Source: Takakia lepidozioides
Taxonomy: Eukaryota; Plantae; Bryophyta
Length of the DNA stretch: 64,000 bases
Direction: 5' to 3'
Assembly (NCBI GenBank): GCA_030704615.1
Contig: CM060731.1
Span: 4,092,001-4,156,000, forward strand
Shown: positions 41,976 through 55,700 of the stretch, piece after piece
Position numbering within the stretch: the stretch's first letter is position 1
Layout of the letters: each line of letters opens with the position of its first letter
The notes under the pieces: generated by a model
Database searches by the model: none
What the model was told of the DNA's origin: nothing
Seen by the model: only the letters and a program-made list of their open reading frames with translations
Made by a program: the position numbers and the translations under genes

Positions 41976-43602
41976 ATGGCCGATGAAGAAGAGGAATTGG
42001 AAGAGGAGGAAGAGGAAGGCGAGGGAAAAGGAGGAGGAGGGGGGTCAGAGCCACCCCCAATATGGCCCAAGCTCCCCTCAGAGGCTCAAACGACCATGGG
42101 AAGACATGCACAATACCTTGCAGACAAATTTGAAACCTTGTTTGCTACTACAGCAAAACTACAGGTGCTGTTATGTCAATCTTTGTGAGGATTCATATTA
42201 GCGATGCTAAGGATTTCCAATGCAGGTTCAAGGATCTATGGATCTTGCCATCGTGCAGATTTTACTTGCCTTTAGTTCCCCCATCATCGCCTCAGCCTGT
42301 GGGTAGTCTTGATCTGAAATGCTTTGTGTTGTGCTTGAGAGAGGAATGCAGGGACTCGTGGATTAGTTATTTCTGGGCTGTTGTTCAGGCCCACATTCTT
42401 TCTTGTATCCGTCCCATAACCTCTTTGAGCTTTCCGTGGACATTATAAGTTTCTTTCTTTCTCTCTGATTGTTAGTGCAACCATAGCCACTGTGGATAGA
42501 ATTGTTGTACTTGATTCACTCACATGCTTTACGTGTAATTTGACTGCCATCTCACAAATCTACACTTGGTGAATATCGCTATGGGCTAGACCACCAAGCC
42601 AACACCGACAATTGGAAAAACACAACTTTTTGTGTTCATGCCGCGGTCGGATTGTCTGAGGCTGTCCGCCAGCGCTAGGTCATTTTCAGGTGCAGCCCCA
42701 TAAATCCTGGAACGAGGCTGAGACACCTCCAAGAGGGTAGTTTCCTGGGGGCTTCTGGAGGGTGTCGTAGCAAATGTTCAATGATTGAGGGCACTGTGCA
42801 GGCCTGAGATAAGGTGGGTCGTTGATCCCTGGGTTCAATACTGTTGAATCTTACACTTTAGGGGAAGAATTGCCTATCCACAATGTGCATCGTTGGGATT
42901 TCAAATGCCCAGCTCCGAAAAGGAGGTAGGCTCACTGGTGAGGGCCCACTCGATTTGAGATTTTGATTTGAAACCAATTAACTCTTGTACAGTCACCTCA
43001 TTTGGGTCTTTTAGAGATATTTGATTTAACTTGCACCCATTGTGCTGGCCACAGATCAATATCAACGCTAATGTCACAAAGCTGAAGAGTAAGAGTAATT
43101 AATCTGCTCAAGTGGCCGGATAGAGATGACCCACGGAGGCGAGACAGGATAACACTTCAAGATTATATTCACAACAGAATTAGCCAAAAAGACATAGCAA
43201 CTGGTAGACAGAATCATATGAGAGACAGACAAAGACAATTCGATCATATAGCCAGCTACACAAAATCACATTACAAGAGATGGTATTGCTCAGGTAGACT
43301 TGACAGCTCTGGACGGGAAAGTTGAAGGGAAGATGAAAGAGAATCATGAAGCTCTTTTGAAGGGATGTGAGGATCTTTCAAAGCGGGTTGAATCCCTGGA
43401 GAAGCTGATTGCTGAGAAATTCAAGACCGACGAAGGGAAGAGTGGAGAGGAAAAAGAAGGAGAGGGCAAGGCAGCAGAAAAGACGGAGGGAGAAGAGGGT
43501 GAGGCAAAAGAAAAGGAGGCAAAAAAGGAGGGAGAAGAGGGTGAACCAGCAGAGAAGGAGGAAGGAGAAGAAGAAGAAGCTGAGGAGGAGGTGGAGGCGT
43601 GA
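41976..43602 (+). CDS. Uncharacterised Glu/Lys-rich coiled-coil protein (~175 aa), 2-3 exons
   Basis: ATG at 41976. Exon 41976-42164 ends at CAG|GT. A probable 34-nt exon 43055-43088 follows, and the last exon runs from 43298 (or 43294) to 43602. Frames join to give MADEEEELEEEE...LATTAKLQ-type segments and LTALDGKVEGKMKENHEALLKGCEDLSKRVESLEKLIAEK plus an acidic tail. Confidence 0.75.
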
Positions 43603-44614
43603 TTGCTGTCAGCGGTTGCAAGCTGACACTTCTGCAGTCTGAAGACCTTTTTTCCATCCTTACATGGTCTTGAAACTAGGCTTGTGATTCACAACACAGG
43701 AAGGAGTTGTAAAATGGTATGTTGGATGATCGAGTACTTTGCCATTATAGTACCATGCGAACATGTCACTCCCTCCTCTTTCTCTTCACATGTCTACCGC
43801 TTCTTGGAACTTTCTCTTGGTTTGTAGTCCCTTTGAGTCTCTAGTGCATGTTATGACGTCATTATCTTCTTCTTACCAAGATGAGTCAGTACTCTATGCA
43901 CCAACCGTGTCTCAACTCCCAGTGCCCACGGATTCTCCATCTCCCTCTTCACAGCTTTCCCTTGTCTTCAAGATCTTTATTTGAGATCGTTTGCATGTCA
44001 TAGATAATTGTTGCCCGTCACCTTAATGTCTCTCTCAAGGAGGGAACTTGGATTAGGAAATTGAGGTCGATGCACAGTATTTGAAATCTGCAAACACATT
44101 CTATGTCGAGAAATCCACAGGGGATACATACCATTGCGTGTTATTGACAATGTCTCAGTGGAACTTGACAAGCTATGATGATATTCAAAACTCACCAGCC
44201 ACTATCTATGCAATTGGCATTGACGAGCAGTACTAGCTAATGCTTGTGACATGACTATGACATGTAAGTCATGATACATTTCAAATCATGTGCAATTTAA
44301 GTAGCCAAGCTGCATGTTGCTTATAAGAGTAAAATGCTATTGTCTCGCGAATGGTTGCCGCATTCTAGGAAGTGTCAGGCAAGATGCCTCCAACAACTTG
44401 TTCTCTGGCAAACTGGGCCAATGTGCAGTGGTGCAACTCTTCACACCATAAATGAGTTGGATGGATGGCTATTACAGCCACATTTTGGTAGAGGAACGAC
44501 ATGGCTGCAAAGCAATGTTACTAGTACCAGCTATGCCTCTCACTAAGCATGAGAACCATGAGTTGGAAAAAATCATGTCCACTTACATGTGCGACTGCTT
44601 GACAGAAACTCAGG

Positions 44615-44720
44615 AGTTCATATGGTGTTGTAGGTGTGTGTCTGTACAGTAGTTCATATGGTGTTGTAGGTGTGTGTGTCTGTACAGTAGTTCATATGGT
44701 GTAGTAGGTGTGTGTGTCTG
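44615..44720. repeat. Minisatellite, 36-38-bp unit, ~3 copies
   Basis: AGTTCATATGGTGT(T/A)GTAGGTGTGTG(TG)TCTG(TACAGT) occurs three times, ~250 bp beyond the ABC1K stop. Confidence 0.92.
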
Positions 44721-44959
44721 CCATTGAGATGGTAGCAGGGAGAAGGGAGCTTCAGAAAACCACAAAAAATAACACCATATATCGATGACTAGAATCCACT
44801 TGAAGACAGTCTCCAAAGGTGAACAAATTTAATCATTAGTATTAGGTTTCATGATACAAGAATTTAGCTTCCTAAGATGATAGTTTACATGGAGCATGTG
44901 CTGAGTGAAAACTAGAGAAAAATAACTTCTGTGTATTCAGCTAAGAGCAAATATGCCAT

Positions 44960-47900
44960 CTACATGAAAATTTCACGCAGGGTGCGTGCCAGAACCCTGG
45001 ATGTGAGTCGATTCACTAGCTCAGGAAGAACCTGTGTAGCAACAGTGGGCAGCACTGGCAGTAGCTCTTGCACCACTTCCTGCACCTCCATTCCACCTCC
45101 CTACCAACCACCCAGTAACTTCAGTACCAGAAACAGTGTTCTCCATTGCACAGATAATCACACTCCCACCAATCCACCACAACCAAACGGAAATCCAGTC
45201 CCATCTAGTACATACGACCAAGACAGGAATACCACACATCTGTCAGTGCAAGGTACGACTATAGACTTGCTTCTCAAAAAGAACAAGGAGAACATGTCCA
45301 AGGCAATAAGGAGAACAGGATGAAAACTAGAGGCCTTCTGTAAGAAGAATTTGTAAACCTACTTAACAGTGTAGGGAAAGACTTCACAAAAGTACAGAAA
45401 AATACACAGAAGACTAACTGGTAGGATCCCCATTCTTTATCAGCTCACAAAGTGGATGTAAACATACACCTTAAGGAGATTAAAGCTTACCTGAGAGAGC
45501 GAGCGAAAGGCAGGGCTGCCAGCAGATAGGAATGTTACAATGCGCCGAACATTGCTTAATACAGCCTCATCCTCTTGTGTGACGATGGGGATTAGCGATA
45601 CAGGCCTACGAGCGCCTGGGAGGGCCACAAAATTCATGATGGGGTTTAATCTTTCTAGCCCTAAGAGGCCGACTAGCCGTGCCAGCTGCTCTCTAGTCAC
45701 TGCATCTATCCCCTTCACCACCTGCAACGTAGGAGTGCCAGCGTCAGTGCGCACTACACTCAATTACTGCAAGAAAGCCATGAGTCAGCTATCCAAGATT
45801 GTGAATATCATTTTTAAGCTTCATATTGGGCAGCAATCAAAGATGTCCATGAGATGACTGCAAGGTACAGCCAACTTCTCACTGCGCTTCTAGCAAATGA
45901 TGGCCCTAATCTATCAAATAACTTCAAAGTGGTGGGAACACATGCTCTTCTGTTAGGCAAGTAATGAGCACCTCATCCAGAATAAATTCCCGAAAGAATT
46001 CACCCTGTTGAGAAAATAAAAAGGACAGTGCAATCCGTGTCTGCGCATGCTGCTGCTGTGACAATAACGAAGGAGCTGCCATTGGTGCAGGTGCCTTGAC
46101 CAAGCCCAGGGACCCCATTCCCCCTTCCATTTGGCCCCCACCTCCACTCCTGGCTGCTGCCGTAAAAGTCTCAAAGGCTTCCATCACATCAATGAAGCGC
46201 TCTGCGTCGAATGCACCAGTTCGTCCATAGATGGTGTATCGCAGTGCTTCCCTTAACCGTGGAGAGTTATCTGTTAACAGCCTCTGCACACAAGAGCACT
46301 ACCTCCATTTGGTACTTTCCACCATGACTTGCTTAATTACTGGTGAAACAATGCAGTCTTCTGTCTCTCATTTCCTTTTCCCTTCTCCCAGATAGTATAT
46401 CCTCTACCTGACTTAAGTTGAAACCTTTACAATGAACAGACAAGACAATTAAGCAAACCTTGCCACAGCCTTCTCTCTCAAGGTTAGCTCCAAACCTGCG
46501 CAATGTAAGGATATGCCTCGTCCACAATCGCGAAGTCAGAGTTTCCAACCAAAGCAATGCCCTCCAAAACTCCAATAGCACGAATAATAAGAGCAAAATA
46601 TGGTGGTATCCGAAATGGATAATCAAATGTAATCTGCGCAAGATCTGCTGCAAGTTCTTGGAAGTTGATATTCTTAGCTCCACCCCCTTCAAGTGCTTGG
46701 TCAAATACTTTGGCAAGCACAGGCATAATAGGCTTTAGGTTCACCCCTTCTGGAATAAAATCTAGCAACACAAAGTCTTCCACAATGGCTTCATAATCGC
46801 GATGAATCAAGTGAGCTATTGCTTCTATCATTCCATACTTTTGGTTGTCCGTGATCTGTGTCATGAGACCTGCCCACAGTACACAGCCAGTGAATGAGTA
46901 AAATAACTGCCTCACACAGAAGGGGGACAGTGGTGGTATATAGTACTTCCAACTGCGTTCCAAAGAAGGACTATCATTTTCCACAGCACTTAGACTGGTT
47001 CCATGCCCAGCTTCAACAATGTCTCGTACACTCATGTAATGAAACCCAAAATTGTGTTTGCACACAAACAATTTTCAGTAGTGTCTGATTGCTAGTGGTA
47101 ATGACCTTCTGGTCCACCTCCAACTTGGCCAACGTTAAGAATAATTACACACCAGAGAGTACAAGAATGCGCACACAACACATGGAATGAGCAAGCTAAC
47201 AAAAACTCAATAGAGGCCCAAAGTACTAAGCCTCAGGCAGTGATCAGTCCTCATCCTTCCAACGGTAGACTCAGTGAATATTGCATACTCACTCGAGATC
47301 AGGCAAACACCACAAAGAACATCAAAGTACATACCAAAATCAAGAATTGCCAATTTTCCCTCAGGTGTTCGAATAAGGTTGCCAGGATGAGGATCTGCAT
47401 GGAAAAAACCTGTGTCTAATAACTTCATGCCATATTACCACAACAACAGGGTTAGTGATTGCTACACTTTTGAAGAAACACCACTCCCACGTGACAATTA
47501 CCAGTTTCCATATCTTCATCGGCATTTTCATATATCCAACAGTGCACTTGCACAGTCACTCAGCAATATGACCACAGAATGCAGAAGCAGATAAAGAGCC
47601 TCTAACACCTTGACTGCCCCAACAACATAGCAGCTACCCCTGCTCACCCGCTTCATACTTCAGTCCCATAAACAAAGGTGCATATCTTTGATTGTGTATT
47701 CTACAACAGAGAGGCACACCTGCTTGAGATAACAGATGACACCAACATTAACAAGGTCTCCAACATCACTGGCAGTGCTTTGTGAGAGCTTTCTCCCTTC
47801 AATCCAACTAGTTGTAAGCACTCGTCGTGATGTGTACTGTGAGTAAGTCTTTGGAACAACCACCTGCACCACATTACATCCTACCAAAGTCAAAAGGGAA

Positions 47901-50900
47901 AATGTGGGGATAGAAGATTACTCCTCTGAAAAAAGAAAAAACTCGGTTTTTTGACCTCTGTAGTGGGTAAAAATCTTACTAGGAATGCAGGGGAGGGATA
48001 CACATACAGTAGCATAGAGAGAAAAGGTCACAATACTGATGGCATCTTTGGACTATCTCGGCCATTGCACTGTGCCAAGGATGCAAAGGGAGGGAGAGGG
48101 GTGAGTTTGTGTGAGACAGACACACACACACACGAACACACCCACCAACAAATGTTTACTCATTATATCTTCCTTCCTGTAGCCCTCTGGCTATGGACCT
48201 GCACTTCACTTGGACAGAAGGGGAGGAAAGAAGGATGGGAGATGACCAGATGGCAAAGGCTTCTATCAGAAAGTGAAAATACCTTTAAGAGGAAGTTGGT
48301 CATACCATTTCAAGTTTTCTCAAGGAATGGTTTGATATGTTGACACACATTGCCCAACTGCTCAGTATAGCAGGAACCTTTTCTATCACACTAACCTGGG
48401 ACGTCATATCCAAGAAGTTGAAAGAGGTGCCTCCTCTTCTCTCACTCCAGGTTGTACATGTGCATCTATGTCTATCTTAGTGGACTTGCCTATGACCTTG
48501 ACTTTCCAGGCTTAAGTCACTTTGCTGTTTTGGTGTTCTTTCTATGGTTGTTACTTCTGAGCACAACCTTACTGTTCCAGAATGAGGTGGAGCAGGCAAT
48601 TGAGCTTCGTGAAATAGGTACATCCTTGGGCCCAGCTCATATCAAGCTTGGCAAGCTCTCAGCATTCAGCCCGAGATTCTCTCGCCGTCAGCCATGACCA
48701 AATTGCAAAAGCTTTGTGATAAGGTGCGTGCTTGAACTCTTGTGTGGGTCTGTGGAGCACCGCCGTACCATGGTATTTACTGATATTCACATGCTTGGGA
48801 AAGAGGTTTGTCCGCATACACTTAATAATACTGACGGAGGGCCTGTCTGCTGCATCTGTCAACCTTTGCTGTGTTTTACAGCCACATTCTGAAAGGCAGA
48901 TATACTAGAGCCCTGGATCATGTTTCACTATCTCTGGGGGTTTACGTCATGCAGGCATTACAGCCTTCATTAAGGATTTAAGGTAAGGGAAAGAGAGAGA
49001 GCAAGAGAGAACTTATTCCCCTAAACATATTCTAACCTGAAATGGGTTGAATACCCCGACTGACCTGGGGAAGGTCAACCCGAATCAGTTCTGCAAATCG
49101 TGTACCATTCTGTCCTTCCCTAACATAGTCCAGCTCCTCAAAGAATCGTGCCGACCACTCGTCCACAAGCCCTACAATATCTGTGGCAATCTGCATAGTA
49201 TGACGATGAATAGGCACCCTGATAATCAATTGATCCATATGCACCTCTGCGGGAAGTCATGTGATATATCCATAGCATGGCATGGCATGGCATGGCGTGC
49301 ACAACATTTCACAGCTCACAATTGAACATGAGTGCTCTTCACTCAATACAAGTCACAACTCCATTCCTCTAGCCTCACTACACTAGCTCAGTCTAGTGCC
49401 CTTTTTCTCCTTTAGTCCAGTAACACTGCAATAGTGAGTGAACATGCCTGGGGAACATTTCGGAGTGCAAGGCCCAGACGGCGGATAATGAAGAGATCAA
49501 TGGTGACAGTCTCCAGGACATACGGACGCTGCACCTTCACTGCCACCAAATCACCTGTGCTGAGCAGCCTCCCCTTGTACACCTGCCCCAGGGATGCTGC
49601 CCCCAATACACATTTTCATCTGAACTCTACCCTGTCATGATTGCTTTTCAAAGATTCACCAGTCACCCCTCTTACAAGCCTCAACAATGGCAGTGATCTG
49701 TGAGAGTTCCCAAGGGTAGCTGACCATCTTTATGGGAGGCAAAAAAAACAATTCTGCATCATATGTTTATCTCCCTCGTACTTCCCTTCCTTCTTTGCTG
49801 ATCGAACCAAGGGATGGAGCTCAGGATCCTGGGAATATGAATATCTCACAAAACAACACAGTCCAATAATAGCCAGCTTCGAATTGGGAGGGTAGCGTAG
49901 TTGGTAATCACAATACCAGCAGCAATCGGGGAAGGGGAAAGTTCGGAATATATCTCTGGCCAGGGTTGCCCCAACTCCTCCTCAATAAGAGCCATTGCCA
50001 CATCATCTGGAAAAGAGGGAACCTGTGGAATAGAGAAGCACAGGCTTCCATCCTCAATCAAGGCTTTACCGCCCGCATCATAAAAACCTCCAGAGATAGT
50101 GAAACATAATCCAGGTTTCTACTATTTCTACCTTTAAAAATATGGCTGTAAAACACACAAATGGTTGACAGATGCAGCAGACAGGCCCTCCGCCAGTACT
50201 ACTAAATAAATGTATGCGGACAGACCTCTTCCAACAGCATGTGAATATCCCCACAGACTTCAATGCTTCACAGAGAAGAGTTCAAGCTAGCACCTTATCA
50301 CAAAGCTTTTGCAATTCGGTCATGGCTGACGGCGAGAGAATGTCGGGCCGAATGCTGAGAGCTTGCCCAAGCTTGATATAAGCTGGGCCCAAGGATGTAA
50401 CTATTTCACGAAGCTCAATTGCCCGCTCCACCTCATTCTGGAACAGTAAGGTTGTGCTTCTGTAAGCTTGTGCTCAGAAGTAACAACCCTAGAAAGAACA
50501 CCAAAACAGCAAAGTGACTTAAGCCTGGAAAGTCAGGGTCATAGGCAAGTCCACTAAGATAGACATAGATGCACATGTACAATCTGGATTGTGAGAGAAG
50601 AAGAGGCACCTCTTTCAACTTTTTGGATATGACGTCCCAGGTCAAGTGTGATAGAAAGGTTCCCGCTACACTGAGAAGTTGGGCAATGCGGGTCAACACA
50701 GATCCAGGGCGCTTGCTCCAGTAGCCTGCGATGGTGTCAGGATCGTAGACCTGAGGCAACATGGCCTCGCCATACCCTTTCTCCACCTGCTTCCATTTCA
50801 ATCCAAATTAACACCTTGCTCCATTCACTGCCTTCAGGATCACGCCCACCACCACATGGGCAGCCCCAGTGCATGACCACCGCAATCCCTCTAACAGCAG

Positions 50901-51782
50901 CAATTCTACCTATACATGTTCATGTTTTGCCAAGCAGGGCAGTAACATTAGACACCTCAGTCCTTTGCAGGATGAATGAGAAGAGTGTACCTCGACTAGG
51001 CGGAGCTGGGTGTCAGCAGCGGCAAAAAGCTCATCGGAGAGGTTCTGCCCACGAAGGCCACGCATGAGTGATGCCACCTGCTCATCTTCTTCCATCTGTG
51101 CTCGCATCCTCTTCATTTCATCCGCCATCTCTCCGACTTTCTGTTTCCAACAGAGAGCATGACAGTCACTACAAAACTTTGCATTGCTCAATTTGCACAA
51201 CAACGCGGATGAACCAGATGAACTTTACAGTCTAGAGTAACTTCTCGCAATTTGAGCGATCTGAATATTCGGGACAGAAGCTAGCGGCTGCGGTTGCAGG
51301 TCAGCAAACAGAGGAAATCGAAACTGTCCAATACACGAGCTAGCTCTGACAGTAGTGCATGTCATTCTCGTAGCAAGAAAGAGAATCAGTCTAACCACAA
51401 CAGAGTAAAATCAGCACACCTATAAGGCTCGTATGCATGTTGATATTGTAAGAAGCAGGGGCAGGACAGACGACACTACCATGGTTCGTGTCTTAGTTGC
51501 AGGAGTGCCTGACACTGGGGCTACACCCAGCCCCTTGTCAGTGGTCCCTATCGCTCGTGGTGCATCCCGTGTGGCCACAGCCTGCACTAGCGCTACTCTA
51601 TACGATATGGCGAAGGTGCGGCTGACTGAATTGCGCTTTGTCCCCTGCCTCCATATCTCGCTTCTTCCATATCCTGTGTAACCGACAGTGGATCGAACGC
51701 AAGATGATTGACAACGTGAGGCGGGTTGAGGCGTGCAATTGTGAATTGAAATTTGCAGACATGCTTCCCAGGTCGCCACCAT
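44960..51782 (-). CDS. ABC1K6: ABC1/UbiB atypical protein kinase, plastid type (ABC1K6/At3g24190-like), 13 exons
   Basis: Exons approx. 51782-51480, 51141-50992, 50787-50611, 50437-50294, 50022-49917, 49596-49448, 49190-49065, 47863-47720, 47425-47334, 46868-46497, 46284-45973, 45722-45491, 45079-44960. ABC1 motifs [84 protein letters not shown]. The N-terminus is Ser/Arg/Thr-rich, like a transit peptide. Subfamily is assigned from recalled sequence. Confidence 0.93.
48338..48977 (+). pseudogene. Inverted partial duplicate of the ABC1K gene (3' part of exon 3, intron 3, exon 4, most of intron 4) inside ABC1K intron 7
   Basis: Reverse complement of ~50050-50698. The ORF track shows the shared [15 protein letters not shown](L/P)[15 protein letters not shown] and NEVE(Q/R)AIELREI(G/V)TSLGPA(H/Y)IKLG. 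The copy is frameshifted. Confidence 0.96.
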
Positions 51783-52749
51783 CCTGCCCCTGCAACCTGC
51801 ACACCTTGCCCTCTACAGCCGTCGGACAGCTTCAGCACGTCAACAATGCATAGAGCTTATACCATAGCCCAGCATCATAATTTGGTTCCCACGGCAGGCA
51901 AATGTGATCCCTGCAGGCCACACGCCTAATCCAGCATTCTGGCAGAAAATCTTTTTATGTGTCCAATTGTGGGTTTCTCCTGCTCACTACTGCTCCGCGC
52001 TCTCCGAGCCTCCACGTTCGCAGTCTCCATACCGCGAGATGAGAGATTGCAGATCTCTCGGAGCAAAGCAGACTTCTGCTGGCCGCGAGCAACACTCCTA
52101 CAGCCTACCACGTGGCCGAACAAATCTGAACAGGACAAAAACTTGGGGTGTCGCGCAAAAAAGGGATGCAGAATGCGTCCTTGGACTTGTTACTGCACTG
52201 GTGGCTTCATTGATCAGACTGGATCTGTCTTCATTGGAAATCTGGAGCTTTGTCAATGGCTGCAATGTGTGTCACCCACAACTTAAGAGTGCACTGTGCT
52301 GATGTTGGAATGACTAGGGCTACGGGATGCCCCAGCTCTCTTGGCAAATCGGCCATTCACTGTGGTATTTACGGCAGAGGTGGGTGCCCAAGCGCTCTGG
52401 CTGATGCATGGATGTATTGCAGAAGTAGGGGATCTTTGGGTTATGGAGGACGGTCTTCCCGCCTTGGTGTGGTGATGGCCGGAACGCATCTGCTAACGGC
52501 TTCAAGAATCTCTCAAGGCTCAGATTTTGTGCGCGTAATGGGACCCGGCATTGCGAATGCCAATGGTATGAATGCTATGTTTACAATGCTCTGTTTATTG
52601 CACCTTAACGCCAACACTTACATAAAGAAAATTCTCGATACACTGGATTATTTAAGATCCTGTAACCACACGAATGGCCTAGTTGTAGAGAACTGTCATG
52701 GAACTAGCTAACCTTGCCCATAGATGACAAGACTGTTTGCCAGAACTTT

Positions 52750-55700
52750 TTCGGGGTAACTGCCACGGGATGTTTGCTGCATTCAAAGAGAAATGAAGTG
52801 TATCCAACCGCGAAGCCTTGGTCACAAATGTAGCCCAGCATCAGCTAACCTAGTTGTTGTAAGTGAACTCCGGCACAGGGGTGGCCAGTTGGTGGGTGGT
52901 CTGATGCACAGTTAGCTGTGTGATTTCTGGAGAAATTCTTAACTTCATCGCACATGACATATGAAATTGTTGTGTTTGCATAGTGAAATGAATACACTCC
53001 CTTGACTAATCTGACATTAGCTTGTGGGTCCCTAAACTCTCCCCCCACCCGGACCCATGGTCAATACAGATGTGTTACGTGCGCCTCTGTTTGCAGTGGT
53101 GCCAGTCAGAGAATGTACTCATGCCCTTTGGAGTAAGAAACTGTTTGATGGTGTATTCAACGACCAAGAAGAATATTGGATAGAGGAGAGAGAGACTTAC
53201 ATAGCATATGAGAGCTAGACAAGGAAATACTAAACACAATGTGTTGTGTTTGCCTCTTTTTAATGACGTCAGACAGCCTAAATTAGGCACCATCAGACTG
53301 TCTCTACCCAGATCTGCCTCCATATCTCCCTTTACATATCCCTGCTGGAAAACCAGTTTTAGGTGTACAAAGTGGCAATCAGATGCACACTAGGTAGGGC
53401 CCTTCTCAGAAACAGATCTGCCTCCTCACTTTTATATCATAGGAAGCAACCGCAGAAGTAGGAAGAGCACTAGTGTCTCCTTAAAAGGTAACATCTTTCC
53501 GTGTAGGTACAAGCTCGTAGATCCTTCTAACCATTCAGAGCAAAAATAGCACTAGTATGTGTAAACAATCAACACATACAAGTAGATTTGAGGTTTGAGA
53601 GAGCTCAAAGCCTCACTCCCTTAGTCTCTTGCTGTTAGTAGCATGTCCTGCAACAGAAGAAAGTGAAGTGGCCTCACCTGGATCCACCACAGCCAACCAA
53701 TAAACCAACAGGCTTAAACCACTTCACATTCGTTATCAATGTCATCTCTGCATCAGGTCATACTAGCAAAGAGAGGAGAGATGTCCTTTCAGCCATTGCA
53801 GTCAACAATAGGTACACAACATAGCAGCACCTATTTCAGCCCATGCTCCACAAGGAGGGAGGGTGGTCTCATGTCAAAGCACCTGTTCCCAAAAGTAAGG
53901 TGTTACTAGAGCCAAGTACTAAAGCAAGGGGACACATAGAGGCCTTTGGTTTGCAAAAGTATTCATAGATAGCCTCTCATTTTCAGGTTTCCTCATTCTA
54001 GAACAAGGCATTGGTTACAGTAGACTAGCCAGAAGGTCAATGTACATTGACCGGATCATGTAGAAGGTGGACACATATACTCCAGCTGCTACAGGGTCTA
54101 ACACAAGATATCATGGATTAGTTTGCCATCAAATGTCCTGTTTGTTCACCAGGAACCTTCATGGATGTACCATTCCCCTTGCCATATTCAAGGATCGAGA
54201 GTTCTTGAGAATTCTTGAGTGTTGTTACAAAGAACTCAGCCACATTCAAGGAAAGAGAGAGGGGGAGAGAGAGAGAGAGTTGTGGGAGCATTCAGTAGGT
54301 GTGGTTGCGTACTATGTAAGGCTGAAAACCATGGGTACAGCTGGCAGGTATTGGGCGGCTGCTGGTATTTGACGAGTTCTTTCAATTCCCCAGTAGGGAT
54401 GGCATCATCCTCCCTTCTTCTGACACCCTGCTGGAGTCTCTCATCTACCATTGTGACGAAGAACCAGACTCACAGTTGGAAACTCTCCAGCAAGTTAAAC
54501 AATTTCAGCCCCGGCATGGCATACAACTCTATCTAAAATCTAATATGGTCTCCTTGAAGCAAGGTCCCTCAACTCATGCCACTTTTGCTGCCAACAATGG
54601 AAGCTCTATTCTGGAAAAGGAATGTATCCCAGAGGATGCATCCAATTTCGGGAGCCTCGTTTTACCCATGATTTCGCATGTCAGAGAAGCATCAATGGTA
54701 TCTTCAGTCTCATTGGAAGGGGGAGCTACCGTTAGAGTTGTTGGGGGAAAATTCTCCAAGATATGTGCTCCTCCTCCATTTGATGACTTTGTAAGCAGCA
54801 CGTCTCTTTTGCCTATTTTCTTACCACCCCTCCCCGTGCCTCCAAAGTATATTTATTGTTTACCATTATCCTTTCAATTGACTTCGATCAAGACTACCCC
54901 TGAAAGTGTTGCATTCTGGACATACTAATCAGACAAATGAGATAAGTTTGTTTGGCTCAACATTGATCTAACTGAAGAAATGATCCATAGACTCGATAAG
55001 GTGGGGTCCCTAATGTGGCTTGTTGTCATTTGGCTGGGGACCAGGTATTGCTGGATGTTGTAATGAGGCCTGGCTCATCTAGTCATTTTCCTTTGGAGCT
55101 GGATTTTGGCTTCTTGATCTACATTCTAGAGGTACTCCAGCAATACTGTGAAGGGGCACTCCCACATTTAAAGTAAGGGCCTGTCTCAAACACTAGGTTT
55201 AACCCGGATGGGGAAAAGGATTTCCACCAAGTTTGTATTCACAATGGTTTACAAGTATCCATTTCCAATCCAATTCAGTTGGTGTTCTCCTGAGCAGGCT
55301 GACTCTCTCCACAAGAATCAACTGAATTGTGAATGCACCACTTTTCTTCTGAGTTGTGGGCTTGGGACGAGATCCTGTGATCCTCTTTGGGCACTGATTT
55401 CTGGGCAGAACATTAAAGCTCCCTTTCTGAACTGGGCCCAAACTGGAAGTAAACGGATTTGGGAGGAATAACCATTGGAAGATCCTACTGGGTACCATGC
55501 TTCTTTTGAATACTCACCTCAACATCTTTCTATGTGGAGAGCTTTCTGGAGGGTTCAGCCAGAACCTAGGTTTTATCATGTTAGCAGGATCAGTGTTGGT
55601 ACTGTGAAAGTTATTGCTCTGATGCCACTGGAATGTGTATGTGGTGTGCAGGGAGTGGGGATTTTTGAACCAAATCGATTTGAGGTGGATGCAACCCCTT

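Noticed and set aside
44615-44720. CRISPR-like array
   Set aside because: The repeats are head-to-tail with no unique spacers, in a eukaryotic context. It is a minisatellite.
47687-53165. Shared VVEYTIK peptide in ORFs at ~47690 and ~53150
   Set aside because: A ~21-nt imperfect match that does not extend; likely coincidence.
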